Shown here: positions 37,975-53,482 of the stretch, piece after piece
Layout: each line of letters opens with the position of its first letter
Position numbering within the stretch: position 1 is the stretch's first letter
NCBI RefSeq assembly: GCF_006345805.1
Contig: NC_043002.1
Location: 69,564,001 to 69,628,000 of the forward strand
DNA length: 64,000 nucleotides
Direction of reading: 5' to 3'
Source of the DNA: Octopus sinensis
Taxonomy: Eukaryota
Notes under the pieces: model-generated
Told to the model about the DNA's origin: nothing
Database searches by the model: none
The model's input: the letters and a program-made list of their open reading frames with translations, nothing else
Made by a program: the position numbers and the translations under genes

Positions 37975-40900
37975 TTACGACACTTTTGCTAGCATGATAC
38001 CCGATATCTCCTGTTACACTCTCACCTCACTCATCTGGTTTAAATTTACTTGTGTCCGTTTCTTCGTCCCCATTACTCGTTCCTACCACCATTCTCCTGC
38101 AAACAGCCTTCTACTCTCTCCTCTTACCACCATTCTTATCTTTATCACTTTGTCTCATACTCTGTCACGTTTCGTCCCCATTTCTCACCCATTCCCTCAT
38201 GCTCACACTTCCTCACCGCCACCTTCTAATCTACATTTCTCTTCTAGTTACATATCTGTATCTACCCACGCGAAGTGGGGAGATATTTAAGGTTACAAAT
38301 GAGTATTTGTGTCATCTGTCCATTCATATATTTATCTATAAAAATTAATCATAATGATTGTTATACATAAGTACTAGATTATTAAATCGGTAAATGTCAA
38401 TTGTTCTGCGTGAGGTCATAGCCGAATGGGAAAATGAGTCATAAATCGCAAACTTTCTCTGAATGGAATTACTGTCTATATATATATATAATATATATAT
38501 ATATACATATATATATATGATAAACTTTGCAACTAAAATAAATATATAAATAAATAACTCTTTCTAATTTTGGCACAAGGTCACCAATTCTAGCGGGAGT
38601 GGGTGGTCGATTACGTCGATTCAGTTACTTGATTGGTATTTTATCAACTCCGAAAAGATGAAAGACAAAGTCAATCTCGGCGAAATTTGAACTCAGAATG
38701 TAAAGACGGACGAAGTGCAGCTAAGCATTTCGTCCGGTGTTCTAATGATTCTGCCAGCTCGCAGCCTTATACCACAACGAAAATATGACGGACAATAAAG
38801 GCAGTCTATAAAAAAAAAAGCGGCCTCTCTGCATTTTGCTCGGTGTCTTGACTATTCTGTCGGCTCGCCGTCTTAATAAAGATAATATGATAATCGTTTT
38901 TGACTTTTTTGGTACATGACCAGAAATTTGTGATGAGGATGGTTAGTCGATTAAATTGAGTGACATACGTGACGAGTACTTTATCTTATGACACCAGAAG
39001 GTTGAAGGTCAAAGTTCACTTCAATGGGATTTGAACCCTACTCCTTCTCAAAATTCTGCATGGTATTTTTTCCGTTTCTCTAACGACTCTGCCAATCCAT
39101 CGCCCTTAACAATAATTGTGTCTAACTTAAGCAAAATGTCCTCCGATTTTGAGGGGAAGGCTTTTCCAATTAAATCGACCCCAATTCTTGGCGTGGTCGA
39201 TATTTTATATTACCAGCTTCGAAAGAATGAAAGGCAAAGTTCATCTGGGTCGTATTTGAACTGAGAACGTAAAGAATCGGAATAAATGCTGCTAACCAAG
39301 TTGTCCAACATGATAACGATTCTACCACCTTGTGCCTTTCACTAGTTTCAAATTTTGGCGCAACATGAGCAGGTTTTGAGGGGAAGGAATTAGTCGATAC
39401 CACCGATCCCCCTCTACTTGACTAGAATTTTATTTTACCGGTCCGGGTTAAAGGCGAGATTTCCCTGGGTAAGATTTGAAATGAAACTGTAAAGAAATAT
39501 TGCTAAGTATATTTTATGGCGCTATAACGATTCTATAAATACTAAAGCCAGTAAATGTGAAGAGATTAGATGTGGGGATAGTCAATACTTTTGTTTATTG
39601 TTCCTCGTATTAAAAGTACTATTGAATGATTTGGGGATCGGATTGGGCAATAAAAAGCCTACTGTTGGTTCACTTAAAATCTTCGTAATATTGTAAATTA
39701 TTCTGTTACTTTTATTTTTCTATTAGTATCTTGCGTTTTCCACGCCCCACGTAATCGGAACCCATTTTCTCACAAATGTTCGCTGAAATTGTTCCGAAAT
39801 GGTTGCATCTCTCTTCTATAGTTCTACGTTTGTTTTGCGCGGAACTGTTACATTCACTGTGTCACGAGGCTAAATGATCTCCTTCTTGCACTTTTTGCTT
39901 GCCTTCTCTAGAAGTCATTTAATTTTGTCTTTGGGTGGGGAGAGGGGAATCAAAGGGACTTTTTCTTTTCTTTCTTTTCTTTTCCGGCAACCTGCCTCCC
40001 CAACTCACTTTCCATCGCTTGTTTGTGGTTTGCAAGACGATGAAATACCGCTGCTAACTATGACCAACAGAAGTGATCTCTAGGTTTCGTGGTGATTTGC
40101 CGCTTTTTTGGTTCTTGAAACCAAGGATGAGGCTTTGACATTCGACGTTTTCTGCGACAGGTGGTGCCCTAGGAACAGCATATCCTACCATGACTAAGCC
40201 CTTAAATGACCATAAATGCCGAGCTTTCTTTTCTGCACGACCAGACTTAAAACTTTTTATTTCACACTCGCTGCAGAGTACATCACAAGAATCACCTCGT
40301 GATTTTCGAAGATGATCAGGATTTGTATATCCGCACTAATCCCTTTCAACTGCATATCGTTAAAGGTCAAGGTAATAATCTCCACCTTCCCACATTACCA
40401 CAAAAGTAACAATAGCTAGAGGCCTAAGATATCTCATTTCTTTCTCAGTGATCTTTTTCATTCCTTGCGTAGGATGCATCTGCTGAGCTTGCTTCATCAG
40501 CGAATCTTCAATTTTAAATAAAGGCATATAAATATATGCACCATTCCCCGCTTGGCAGAGGAAATCTTGCTGAACGTATCGGTCATCATTCTCCACCAAA
40601 TTCTCGTCCTGAGATTCATGACAACCCTATGTAACTTTTGAAATACCAAAATAGGATTCTTTCTTTCTCTCGCTTGTGTGATGCTTCAAATAAAAACTCA
40701 TTCGTAGAAACCCTCTTAACAACGGACAAATACGGCTGCGATAGTATGAGACATGCAAAGTTATTGCTTGCTCTCTTGATTGTTATCTTTCAGGTGTTGC
40801 AATAATGAATGAACGGTACACAGTTGTTGTCGATAAGAAACTTCTTATAGATAATGAATGAGGCATTTATTATTATTATTATTATTCTGTTGTAATATTG

Positions 40901-42118
40901 CATCACAGCATGTAAAGAAGAAATCTGGTGATTGTGGTAAGGATCTGGATTGTGTTGGTGACGTGGAAAGATGGGAACAATACCTCTACTTGGGAAATGG
41001 GAAATGGGAAATGGGAAAAGTCAGATATGGGGCACAATATTTGTTAAAGACTGTCAATGCGGAATTACTGTAGTTCTGCTGATTTGAGAGAAAGGATTGC
41101 CGTGCGACAGGATGGTATAGTGGGGACTTTTTTTTTGTTCCTTCTCGAGCCATGCCTGGCTCATAAGGGCCAGTTTCCCGGTTTCCTTGGCGTATAGGTT
41201 CTCCACCTTGACGGGACGCCGGTCCGTCGCAGGTGAGCTGCAAGAGGAAAGAGTGAGAGAAAGTTGTGGCGAAAGAGTCAGCAGAAGCTCGCCATTACCT
41301 TCTGCCGGAGCCACGTGAAGCTTAGGTGTTTCGCTCATAAACACACATATCACCTGGTCTGAGATTCGAACCCGCGATCCTTCGACCGCGAGTCTGCTGC
41401 TCTAACCACTAGGCCATGTGCCTCCAAATAAATAAAAGCGCCCTTTTTAAAATATAGCCAGGCTCATGGGATCAGTTTCCCGGTTTCAAGGGCGTATGTG
41501 TTCGCCAGCTGGACTGGACGCCAGTCTATCGCAGCCTTACTCATTTTTGCCAGCTCAGTGGACTGGAGCAACGTGAAATGAAGCGTTTTGCTCAAGAACA
41601 CAACGCGTCGCCCGCTCCAGGAATCGAAACCACAATCTTACGAGCATGGTGCTGACACCCTAACCACTAAGTCACGCGCCTCCACTATAGTGGGGACTGC
41701 CATGGTTTAACAAATTGGTACCTGGATTAAAAAACTGTACAGCTTGTGGTCTTGAGAAGGTAGAGTATTAAGTGGCTTCTCTGATTAAACAATGTTTCCT
41801 TGATTAGGTAAAATTACCTTGATTATGTAAGCTGTAGTGGTTTTGCATAATAAGCATGTTTAGCATATTAAGCAAGGTTGTTGTTTTCCATTATGCTTGA
41901 TCTTTTTCTAATTAATTTTGTGACTCTTTGGGCAAGGGATTCATACTTTTGATATTTTCGCGAACTGTTCATTTACAATCGTTGGTTGTAGGCCGAGAGC
42001 TCTTCCAGTAGCTACAACATGCAGTCCATACTCGAATCTCCGTGTCATTTCTAATTTAGCTTTCTAACGTTAAGCCTTACCCTGTACACTTAGGCGCCCA
42101 CAGATAGCTATGTTGTAG

Positions 42119-42307
42119 CAGTGGCGTAGCGAGAGTGTGTGCCGCCTGGAGCAGCCCTTGAATTTTCCCCTCCCCCGTCCTGGGACCCTTAAGCCTATAC
42201 AGACTTATAGTGCAGACCCAAAAGTGCCACTCACATAAAAGTGACATTTAGGGGCAGAACTTACCCCAGCCCTACCCTGTCCTGCTCCTCCCCTAGCTAC
42301 CTTACTG
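42119..42307. mobile_element. Possible hAT-type MITE
   Basis: Imperfect terminal inverted repeats CAGTGGCGTAGC / GCTACCTTACTG; no 8-bp TSD recognised. Confidence 0.4.
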
Positions 42308-43129
42308 GCATACCGTGTACATTTAGAAGTCATTACAACAGAAATAAATCAGGAAATAAATTTTTAAATTTTAAGGTGCACCTCCTACCACCTCTCAGTT
42401 CATAATAAAAAAATTAACTTGTTAGTTTCAAAAATAACAAAAACTGACTATTTTCGTAGTAGTTTGCACCGCAGTCTCTTTGTTTTAATTTGTATATTTG
42501 CTCCTTTCAGTATTTGTTTATTTGACCCAGTTTATTATAGTTTTTTTTTTGTTGAATGTGTTTAAATGTCAGTAGAAAAATAGACTTTTGGGTGTAAACC
42601 GAAAAACCAAAAACATTTTGCAATCAGTTGTACATGGAAAAAAGTAGAGTTGCTTCTGACACATTTCAGTGAATTAATATAAATTAGACTGAGATTTTGC
42701 TCCAAAAGTGCATTAATTTATTTCTGTTAAACATTTTCGGTCTTTATTATGTCTTCATCTTTTATCTTTTATATTACACTGGCGCCGTCTTGATGGATTT
42801 AGTCGAACGAACGAACGAACCCCGGTGTTTATTTTGGATTTATAAGCCTGTTACTTATTCTATCGGTTTCTTTTGGCTATATTTAGACTATCTCCGCCTC
42901 CAGAGAAGATAGAACAATCGCATGGTGATAATTGAAATCAACTACAAATGATAATGAGTCTTCCAAATAAACATGCCATTAAAGAAAGGACTCACTGGTT
43001 ATTTGGAAACAAAGAATATACGTGGAAGTGTATTTGTGCTTCGATAGGCGTTATCGATACAGTAGTTGCTTCACCTTAACTCCAATACAACGAGATACTT
43101 GAATGATACAACGAGATACTTGATGAGAT

Positions 43130-43400
43130 GATGAGAAACAAATGCGTAGGGAATGTTTTGAGCAGCGCTGGCATGGGTCTTCGAGAAACAGCGCTGGCAT
43201 GGGTCTTCGAGAAACAGAGACTTCCAAAGTAGTGGTGGAAAAGGCAGACAGAGAAGACAGAGTAGTACAGAGGCTGGATTGTATTGATTAATGACTCAGT
43301 ACCAATTAGACAAGTGTACTTCCTTTGGATGTACTACTTTTGTCTGTAGCATTAACAAAGTCTCTGATATAAGAGCAGGGATCCATTTTCGGTTTGTATT
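43130..43400 (-). mobile_element. Decayed Jockey/CR1-like RT C-terminal fragment
   Basis: Minus strand YIQRKYTCLIGTESLINTIQPL...SVCLFHHYFG resembles the post-RT region of these LINEs. Confidence 0.35.
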
Positions 43401-44306
43401 TTATATGGGTTGAAGTAAGTTTTATCTCTGAAAGGAAAGCCAAGAAAGATCTTCAATGACGATGGGACCTAAAGTTTTTAGCAACCGTGGGAGATTTAAT
43501 TGCATGTTCCTTTTCGTTTTTTACTTGTTTCAGCCATTTGTTTCCCTCGTCGCCTTGAAAGATTTTTGTCGAAAAAATCGACCCCACGGTTTTTATTTAA
43601 GCCTAGTACTTATTCTATCGGTCTCTTTTGGCGAACCACTGAGTTACAGGGACGTAAACACACCAACACTGGTTGTCAAGCAGTGGTGGTGGTGGTGAGG
43701 TCAAACACAGACACAAAGACACACACACATAAATATATACTTATATATACGACGGGATTCTTTCAGTTCCCGTCTTCCAAATCCACTCACAAGGCTTTGG
43801 TCGGCCCAAAGCTGTAGTAGAAGACACTTGCCCAAGGTGCCACGCAGTAAGATTGAACCCAGAACCATATGATTTGGAAGCAAGCGTCTTACCCCAGTGG
43901 CACGCCTGCGTTTATATGTTATTTATACATAATGAAGGATTTTCTTGGTATGGGTCAAGACTGATGTAACCCAGTGGGGAAGGCTTTCATAGTCTCTGTT
44001 CATAGACTCAAGGGTGATTTGTGAGTTACACATTTTGCCATGGGGGACGCTCGACTGGTGAAAATTGGGTGGTATCATCTCAGTTTCTGTTGTTCGAGAA
44101 CAATAGTAAGCTATTTATGTGCAAAGCCTCGCACTTGAATGAATAATTACCGTAAGTACACATTTTAAGCCTAAGAAATTCTCTCAGAACTAGGGTCCGA
44201 CTTATGTATAATATAATATAATATAATATAATATAATATATACGTATATATATGTATTTATGTGTATATATATATATAAACGTCAAGAATATACACACAC
44301 ACGCAG

Positions 44307-44374
<68 letters not shown>

Positions 44375-45764
44375 CTGCGTGTGTGTGTATATTCTTGACG
44401 TATAGTAACAACATACCGTCTGGATGTAGGTTAGAAGCTGTTTACTTTACGCTATATATAAAATATGTAACTGTATTGTTTGGTGGAGTCAGTGGTCACC
44501 AGTGTAACGGCAAATGTTATTTTATGTGTTGGTTACCATTTATAAGGATAAGTTTAGCTGTTTGGAAGTTGGCATATATAACAGGTGATGCTGTTGCAGT
44601 TGCAGATGTGCACGATGAAAGAACAGTAATCTAAGTAGATGTCGACTTCAAATTTATTTATTTACCATTCATTACTTAATATAATGCCATGCCTCAACGG
44701 GCAGGTGTGTGTAATAATATAAGTGGAAAATGCATTGCGAGGCTGAGAGTTAATTTCTTCTTGTATATTTGTGATTGTGTTCTCGTCCTTGTGTAGTAGT
44801 AAACCACAAATAGTGATAGAGCGATATTGCAGAGAAAAGAAAGTGAGCCAGTGAAAGTTAGAGAGTTGAGGGAAGTTGTGTTTCATAGTCGCTGATTGTA
44901 GCTTTCTTTCTCCCTCTGGCCGTTTGTCTCAAGTAGCTGTCTGCTTGCGCCCATCTCTAGTTGGTCTCTCTTCACTAACTGATTTTGCCTTACCAAATTC
45001 TAGTATTTATGACTATGCAAAACCAGTCAGAAGGAGAAACACATCGTTGAGAACAATAGATTTTGTTGGGGGTACCTTTTATCTCCAACGGTGATGGTGA
45101 TATCTAACTTTGCGGCAATTATAGACCTTCTCAGAATTTTGAGCTAAAAACTTGAGGTCTATTATATAAAATCGACTTGTACGCCTAAGTTTTCAGTAAC
45201 TTAGTTTTAGTTTGTGTTATAATTCACTTCAGATCAATAGTTCACCTCATTGGAATAATCACCAAAATTGCATATCGTATTTTCCTTTTTATGGGTTACA
45301 CTATGAAATTGACAATGACATCACGTCTACGATGATAATAACGGTGTTGAGATGATCACTATGATGACGAATAGACCAATGGCGACGGAGAAGACGACTA
45401 TGACAATGATAGTGGCATCTACGGTGATGATAACGATAACGATGACGGCAATAGCGGCGAGGATGACGGTACGGTAGCGTTGGTGGTGGTGACGATGAGA
45501 ACGGAATTGAAACGTTGACGAAGTTACTGTTTGCGTCTGAAGGAAAGAGACAAAAAATTAATGACAACTTATGTAAAAAGACATCGATGGGATATTAATG
45601 TAATAGAGAAGATAAGCATCACTAGATCTTTGAGTTATGATACATGTTAACACACACACGCACACACAAATATATATTTATTTTTATCGATACGGATGTA
45701 CATTGGATAAATGTGTTTGAAAGTTGTGGCTTCTTTGGTGGAGAGTGTATATATATATATATAC

Positions 45765-47510
45765 AAAGAAGGGCTCACCGACAAGGAATACGACTATATG
45801 ACTAACTTCAAAAGTAAATCCAGTCAATTCTATGCTATTTCTAAGATACACAAAAGTAAAAAAAATAAGTAACGCATGTAGGGGAGCCACAGACATGATA
45901 GTCAAGGTACCTACTCCTAATAACCTCAAATTAAGACCTATAATAGTAGGCCCCACATGCGAAACTCACCACCTCAGTAACTTTTTAGCTACTCTCTTAA
46001 AACTATTCCTCAAGCATATCAAAAGCTACATAAGGGACGACCTAGATATGATCAATCACCTCCCTGAAACAATAAATAAAAACTCCCTACTAGTATCCTT
46101 CGATGTGGTCAACCTCTATTCTAATATTCCCCACAGCCTAGGAATAGAGGCAATCCAATTCTGGCTAGAGAATTACTCCAAAGAACTCCCACACCGCATC
46201 CAACAATAATTCGTAATAGAAAGAGAATAACTTCGTATTCAAAGATAACTTCTATCGACAGTGATCCAGAACTGCGATGTGTACGAGAATTGCTCCCTCC
46301 TTTGCTAACTTAGTCATGGGGTACCTAGAAATCAATTTTTATCGTAAAGCACTAGGAAAATACGGAAACCCATTCTCTCTGTACGTAGAAAATAACTGGA
46401 AGAGGCTTATAGATGATTGCTTCTTTGTTTGGCATGAAAGTATAGACAGACTTAAAGAATTTCAAGTACATCTAAATGGACTTGACATAAACATTCAATT
46501 TACGATGGAATATGGCCATCAACAACTTTCATTCCTCGACATCCTCATTAAGAAATCCAACAACAAAACAGAAAAAGGCATATACTATAGGCCCACGAAC
46601 TCCAAGCAATATCTACCGTTCAACTCATGCCATCCCAGACATATTAGAATGAATATCCCTTTCAACCTGGCAAAAAGGATTTGCACTATAATATTTGATA
46701 CAACCACCAGGGACACACGACTACATGAGCTAAAGGAGACACTCATCAGCAGGAACTACCCACCATCACCAAATGCTATAGGTTTTCAACGTACCCTACA
46801 ACTTAACATCCTTGAACTCAGACATCCCAAACTAAAGAAGGATTTACAACCAAAAACCATACCATACGTATCCACACACAACCCCCGAAACAATGAAACC
46901 TTCGACACCATCCTCCAGAACATTCCTTTACTAAAAAGGGACCACAGAATGAATCAAATCCGCCAAACGCACATTATCATAAAGAGCAAAAGATAACCCA
47001 AACCAATGAAAAGTCTTCTAGCACAAGCCCAAGTAAACTCGTCAACAACTTTGAAGCTGTCAGTAAAATGATGCGGAAGATCTAACTAAGGTATAGGCGT
47101 CAACCTAATTGAGGGATCGGAGTTCTCCTTGAAATAGGGTCCACGTTTTACAGTGAAAAACAACTTGACATGTTCTTCGGAAAACCTAATATATGCGTTA
47201 ACTTGCTCAGGGTGTCGAGATCAATACATAGGTCAAACCAAAAAAGCATACGCCAGAGGATGACCGTACGTAAATCCCAGATTAAAATACGGGAATATAC
47301 AGGAAAATAGCATTAAGTGAACACATCGACATTTGCGGCACTAACGAACAACCCAAATTTAGAATTTTCCCCTCTATAAGTTTAGGGACAATGCAACCTA
47401 TAATCAGCGCATTAACAAAGAATCATATTTCATCACAAAATATAAACCCCTTTTGAATGTTTCTACCACAGACGACACTACTACAAGGATCTTAGAATAA
47501 TACCCATGAT
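45765..47510 (+). mobile_element. PLE pseudogene (RT plus GIY-YIG), 5'-truncated
   Basis: KLRPIIVGPTCET, LVSFDVVNLYSNIPH, RIAPSFANLVMGYLE, RLIDDCFFVW, LSFLD, YLPFNSCHP; endonuclease NLIYALTCSGCRDQYIGQT. Stops and frameshifts. Confidence 0.9.
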
Positions 47511-47643
47511 ATACAAACGATATATTCAGAACAGTTGCTTCCCATGAATTTATTTAGATCAATTCCAGCCACTATTGCTACAACCACAACAGGTCACTTT
47601 TATAGAAGATTCCATGAACAGTCTACTACTGTCATACCACTCT

Positions 47644-47750
47644 CTTCTTCTTCTTCTTCTTCTTCTTCTTCTTCTTCTTCTTCTTCTTCTTCTTCTTCTT
47701 CTTCTTCTTCTTCTTCTTCTTCTTCTTCTTCTTCTTCTTCTTCTTCTTCT
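47644..47750. repeat. (TTC)n microsatellite
   Basis: Directly visible. Confidence 0.95.
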
Positions 47751-47884
47751 TTTTCAACAGTTAAACTCCAGAACCAGCATTTCTCTGCACCCATAATAAT
47801 TATTTCTTCAGATCTGCTACTACTTACCGAGCCTTCGCAATGGAAGAAAAAAAGAGAGAGAGAGAGAGAAAGACTATTATTTTA

Positions 47885-50200
<2,316 letters not shown>

Positions 50201-50610
50201 GGAAATATTAAAAAAAAAAACATGTTATTTAATTTTTCTTCAATTTAATTTTTTTTCGGGCTTTATTCTTAGTTGAAAAAGTCTAAAATACTGGAACCGG
50301 TACTAATATGTTCTTCCTGATAAAATAATTTTAGCATTATCTACATTGTCTTATTTTCTTTATATATATATATATGGTAAATCCCAAGAAAACGAAGAAC
50401 TAATACAAGAAAATAAAACAACAACGTAAGGATGTGGTACATGCAAAGTACTAGCAGACGCTCAGGGAAAGAAAGAAAGCTGGCTTTTACGTTGCGAGCA
50501 AATCTCTTCGTCAGAAACAGGAGACGGAAGAATATCCACACGCATACACACATACACACACATAAATATATATATACTTACACACACAAGCACACACATA
50601 AACACACACA

Positions 50611-50658
<48 letters not shown>

Positions 50659-50714
50659 ACACAAACATATATGCACTGTGGGGAGGCTGAAACGTCCTTG
50701 GCTTTAAGGGTAAC

Positions 50715-50830
50715 GTGAAAAGCCTGTAAAAGAACCTTCCGAGTTCTTTTACAAGGCTTAGAAAAACTGAAGAACCACTGCAATAAATGTGTGAATCTGA
50801 GAGGGGAATATGTTGAATAAAATCATAATT
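50715..50830 (+). mobile_element. Mariner transposase C-terminal remnant
   Basis: EKLKNHCNKCVNLRGEYVE* matches the typical mariner C-terminus. Confidence 0.55.
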
Positions 50831-50972
50831 AAACTGATCCTCTTGTATTTTCTTTTATCCAAAACAGGAACTTTTCAGCACCTTGTATGTAACAATATAC
50901 ATACATAGATACATAGATACATACATACATACATACATACATACATACATACATACATACATACATACAAAC

Positions 50973-51008
<36 letters not shown>

Positions 51009-51009
51009 G

Positions 51010-51615
51010 TATATATCTCTATATGACCAGGAAATTACTTTTCTCAGTCCTGAAAGTTCAGCACCTTTTAATAGAGAAAAAAATGTTAGATTGAGTAATA
51101 GAAAGTCTACTAACTTATTTAGTTATGAAGAAATACCAAACGATAACCTATCCTACAAACTTAACATTGTAAATAATAATAACAGAGTATGCTTCGATAT
51201 GAGACAGGATACAAATACGAGTAAGAAGCTTAGGTTAGATAAAAAAGGTGACAATGAAAAAGAAATGGTTATTCCTCCAGATAAGGGATCCACTAGAAAT
51301 ATATACAAAACTATTAATCATGTCACGACATTACAAATATGACTCGCCCTTACTTACACAAAAAATTTAAAGGTAAGAATCTCGTCTGGTTCAATATCTT
51401 ATACAACTGAGCATTATCCACAAACATTTATAGAAAATTTATGGCTATTTTAGAAAAAACTTCCCTACTTCCCATACATATAATAGAATCTTTTCACGTA
51501 AGAAAGTTAGAATCTCATACTCTACTCTCCCCAATATAGGTACCATCATAGCTAGATTAAATAGGAAGAATATAAAATTAGCCAGAGTTGTTGATAATAA
51601 TAATAATAATAATAA

Positions 51616-51659
<44 letters not shown>

Positions 51660-52476
51660 TAATGATAAAAATAATCATAACGATAGCAATAATAAAAATT
51701 ATATTAATAATAATATAAATAGCACTGTCAACTATAACTTAAATCCACAAAATGAAAATAGTAGTATTGATGATGATGGGGTGAATTGAAGGAATAGCGG
51801 TAGCACTTCTAATAAAAACATTATGGATTGTAGTTCCAGTACATATATGGGCATGGAAACTATTAGTATGCCTGATGATGGAGAGGTGATTTTATATGAT
51901 AATATGATTGAAGTGGAGTTAGAAAATAACAGATGTGAACATAACATACTTGATAATAGAATTATTAATAGAGAAAATATTAACAATAAAAATAAAAATA
52001 ATAATTTTAATCTTAATAATTGTAATATTAATTATAACAATTCTCCTAGTTGCAATTGTAGAGTTAAATTCTACTGTCCGTTATTAGGCCAATGTCTTAC
52101 CCAGAACGTAGTATATAAATGCCCAATAATAACTACAACTAATAATTATATTTACTTCAGTTGTTTGATTAATTTGAAACAGCGTATATAGAATCGTATG
52201 TCATCCTTTAATCTTAAACATAAGGCAAATTGTATGTCATTAGCCAGTAAGATTTGGGAACTGAAAGAAAGTGGAATTGGCTTTAGCCTCAAATGGGAAA
52301 TAATAAGAAAAGCTCAGCATTATAGAAATAGTAGATATGGGTGAGAGCTGTGCTCTATGAAAACATATGAAATTTTTAAGCATAAAGATAATGGCAACCT
52401 GATTAATAATTGGTTAGACCTTAGGGTATCATGTGTACATAGTGTCACCCATACCTTCAAATATTTTAGAAAGTAG
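51010..52476 (+). mobile_element. Naiad-like PLE lacking the RT core (N-terminal DK motif, linker, GIY-YIG endonuclease)
   Basis: VIPPDKGSTRNIYK; NLVWFN...TNIYRKFMAILEKNFPTSHTYNRIFSRKKVRISYSTLPNIGTII; CNCRVKFYCPLLGQCLTQNVVYK; SLASKIWELK...KWEII; *ELCSMKT...LINN...SCVH. Confidence 0.72.
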
Positions 52477-52494
52477 CACTTTATTGATCTTGTG

Positions 52495-53432
52495 ATTTCA
52501 AACCTATAATGTACCTCTTAGTTTAAAATCAGTGCATAGGTAGCATGTCCTACAGTATTAATATTCCTTTAGTTACTACAGGATATCAGTCATTACAGAT
52601 ACAAGCTAAATAAGTAAATAAACAATTTTTAGTTTTAAATACCTGAATTATTACATATTTTCTATAAATCTTCTCTATTGAAGCTACTAAGTTGTATTTA
52701 TACTTCATCATGATTTTTGTGATTAAGCTATTTTATATCTTTTTCTATAATGTTTCTACCCTATCTGATAATTTTAATACTTTATAATTGCCTTTAGACA
52801 AACCTACATTTTTGTACCCCTATAAATTCATACTTAGCTTATAAAAACAACATGGATATCTTCACAACTTAAAATTAAACTGCTTAGATTATAATCTAAC
52901 TAATTTATAGTAAATTTGTTTTCTCACCTCAATGATAAATCTTCCTGATTGCCCTAAATTTTAACTTTATACAATAATGGCATTGTTTAAAATAGTTTTG
53001 GTAACTAAGATTTTTATCCCTTTCTTAAAGTGTTCTGTCCTCCTCATTTTGGTATTTATATTGGCTTTATACAAACAGCCCTTCAAATTAAGTATGCCTA
53101 AAAAACTTTAATATCATTTATGGATTAACACAAATAACTTTTAAAATCTATATTATACTTCTTAATTTAATATTAGTATATAATTAGCATGTCCTTTTTA
53201 ACAACAATTATTCTTTTAACCAATACCAGGTTTCAGTCCTGATTATATAATAAGCTAAATAAGTTAATTAACAATTTTTAGCTCATAAAACTTAAATTAT
53301 TATACATTTTCTATAAATATTTGCTATTGAAGGTTAATAAGGTATGAATATTTTATTATGGTCTTACTGATTAGGCTGTCTTTATTTCTTTTCTATGATG
53401 CTCTACCCTAACTGATTATTTTATCATCATCA

Positions 53433-53482
<50 letters not shown>

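Noticed and set aside
52490-52532. Hairpin TGATTTCAAAC...GTTTAAAATCA as a SECIS
   Set aside because: UGAU is Watson-Crick paired and the 3' GA needed for the tandem G-A quartet is absent.
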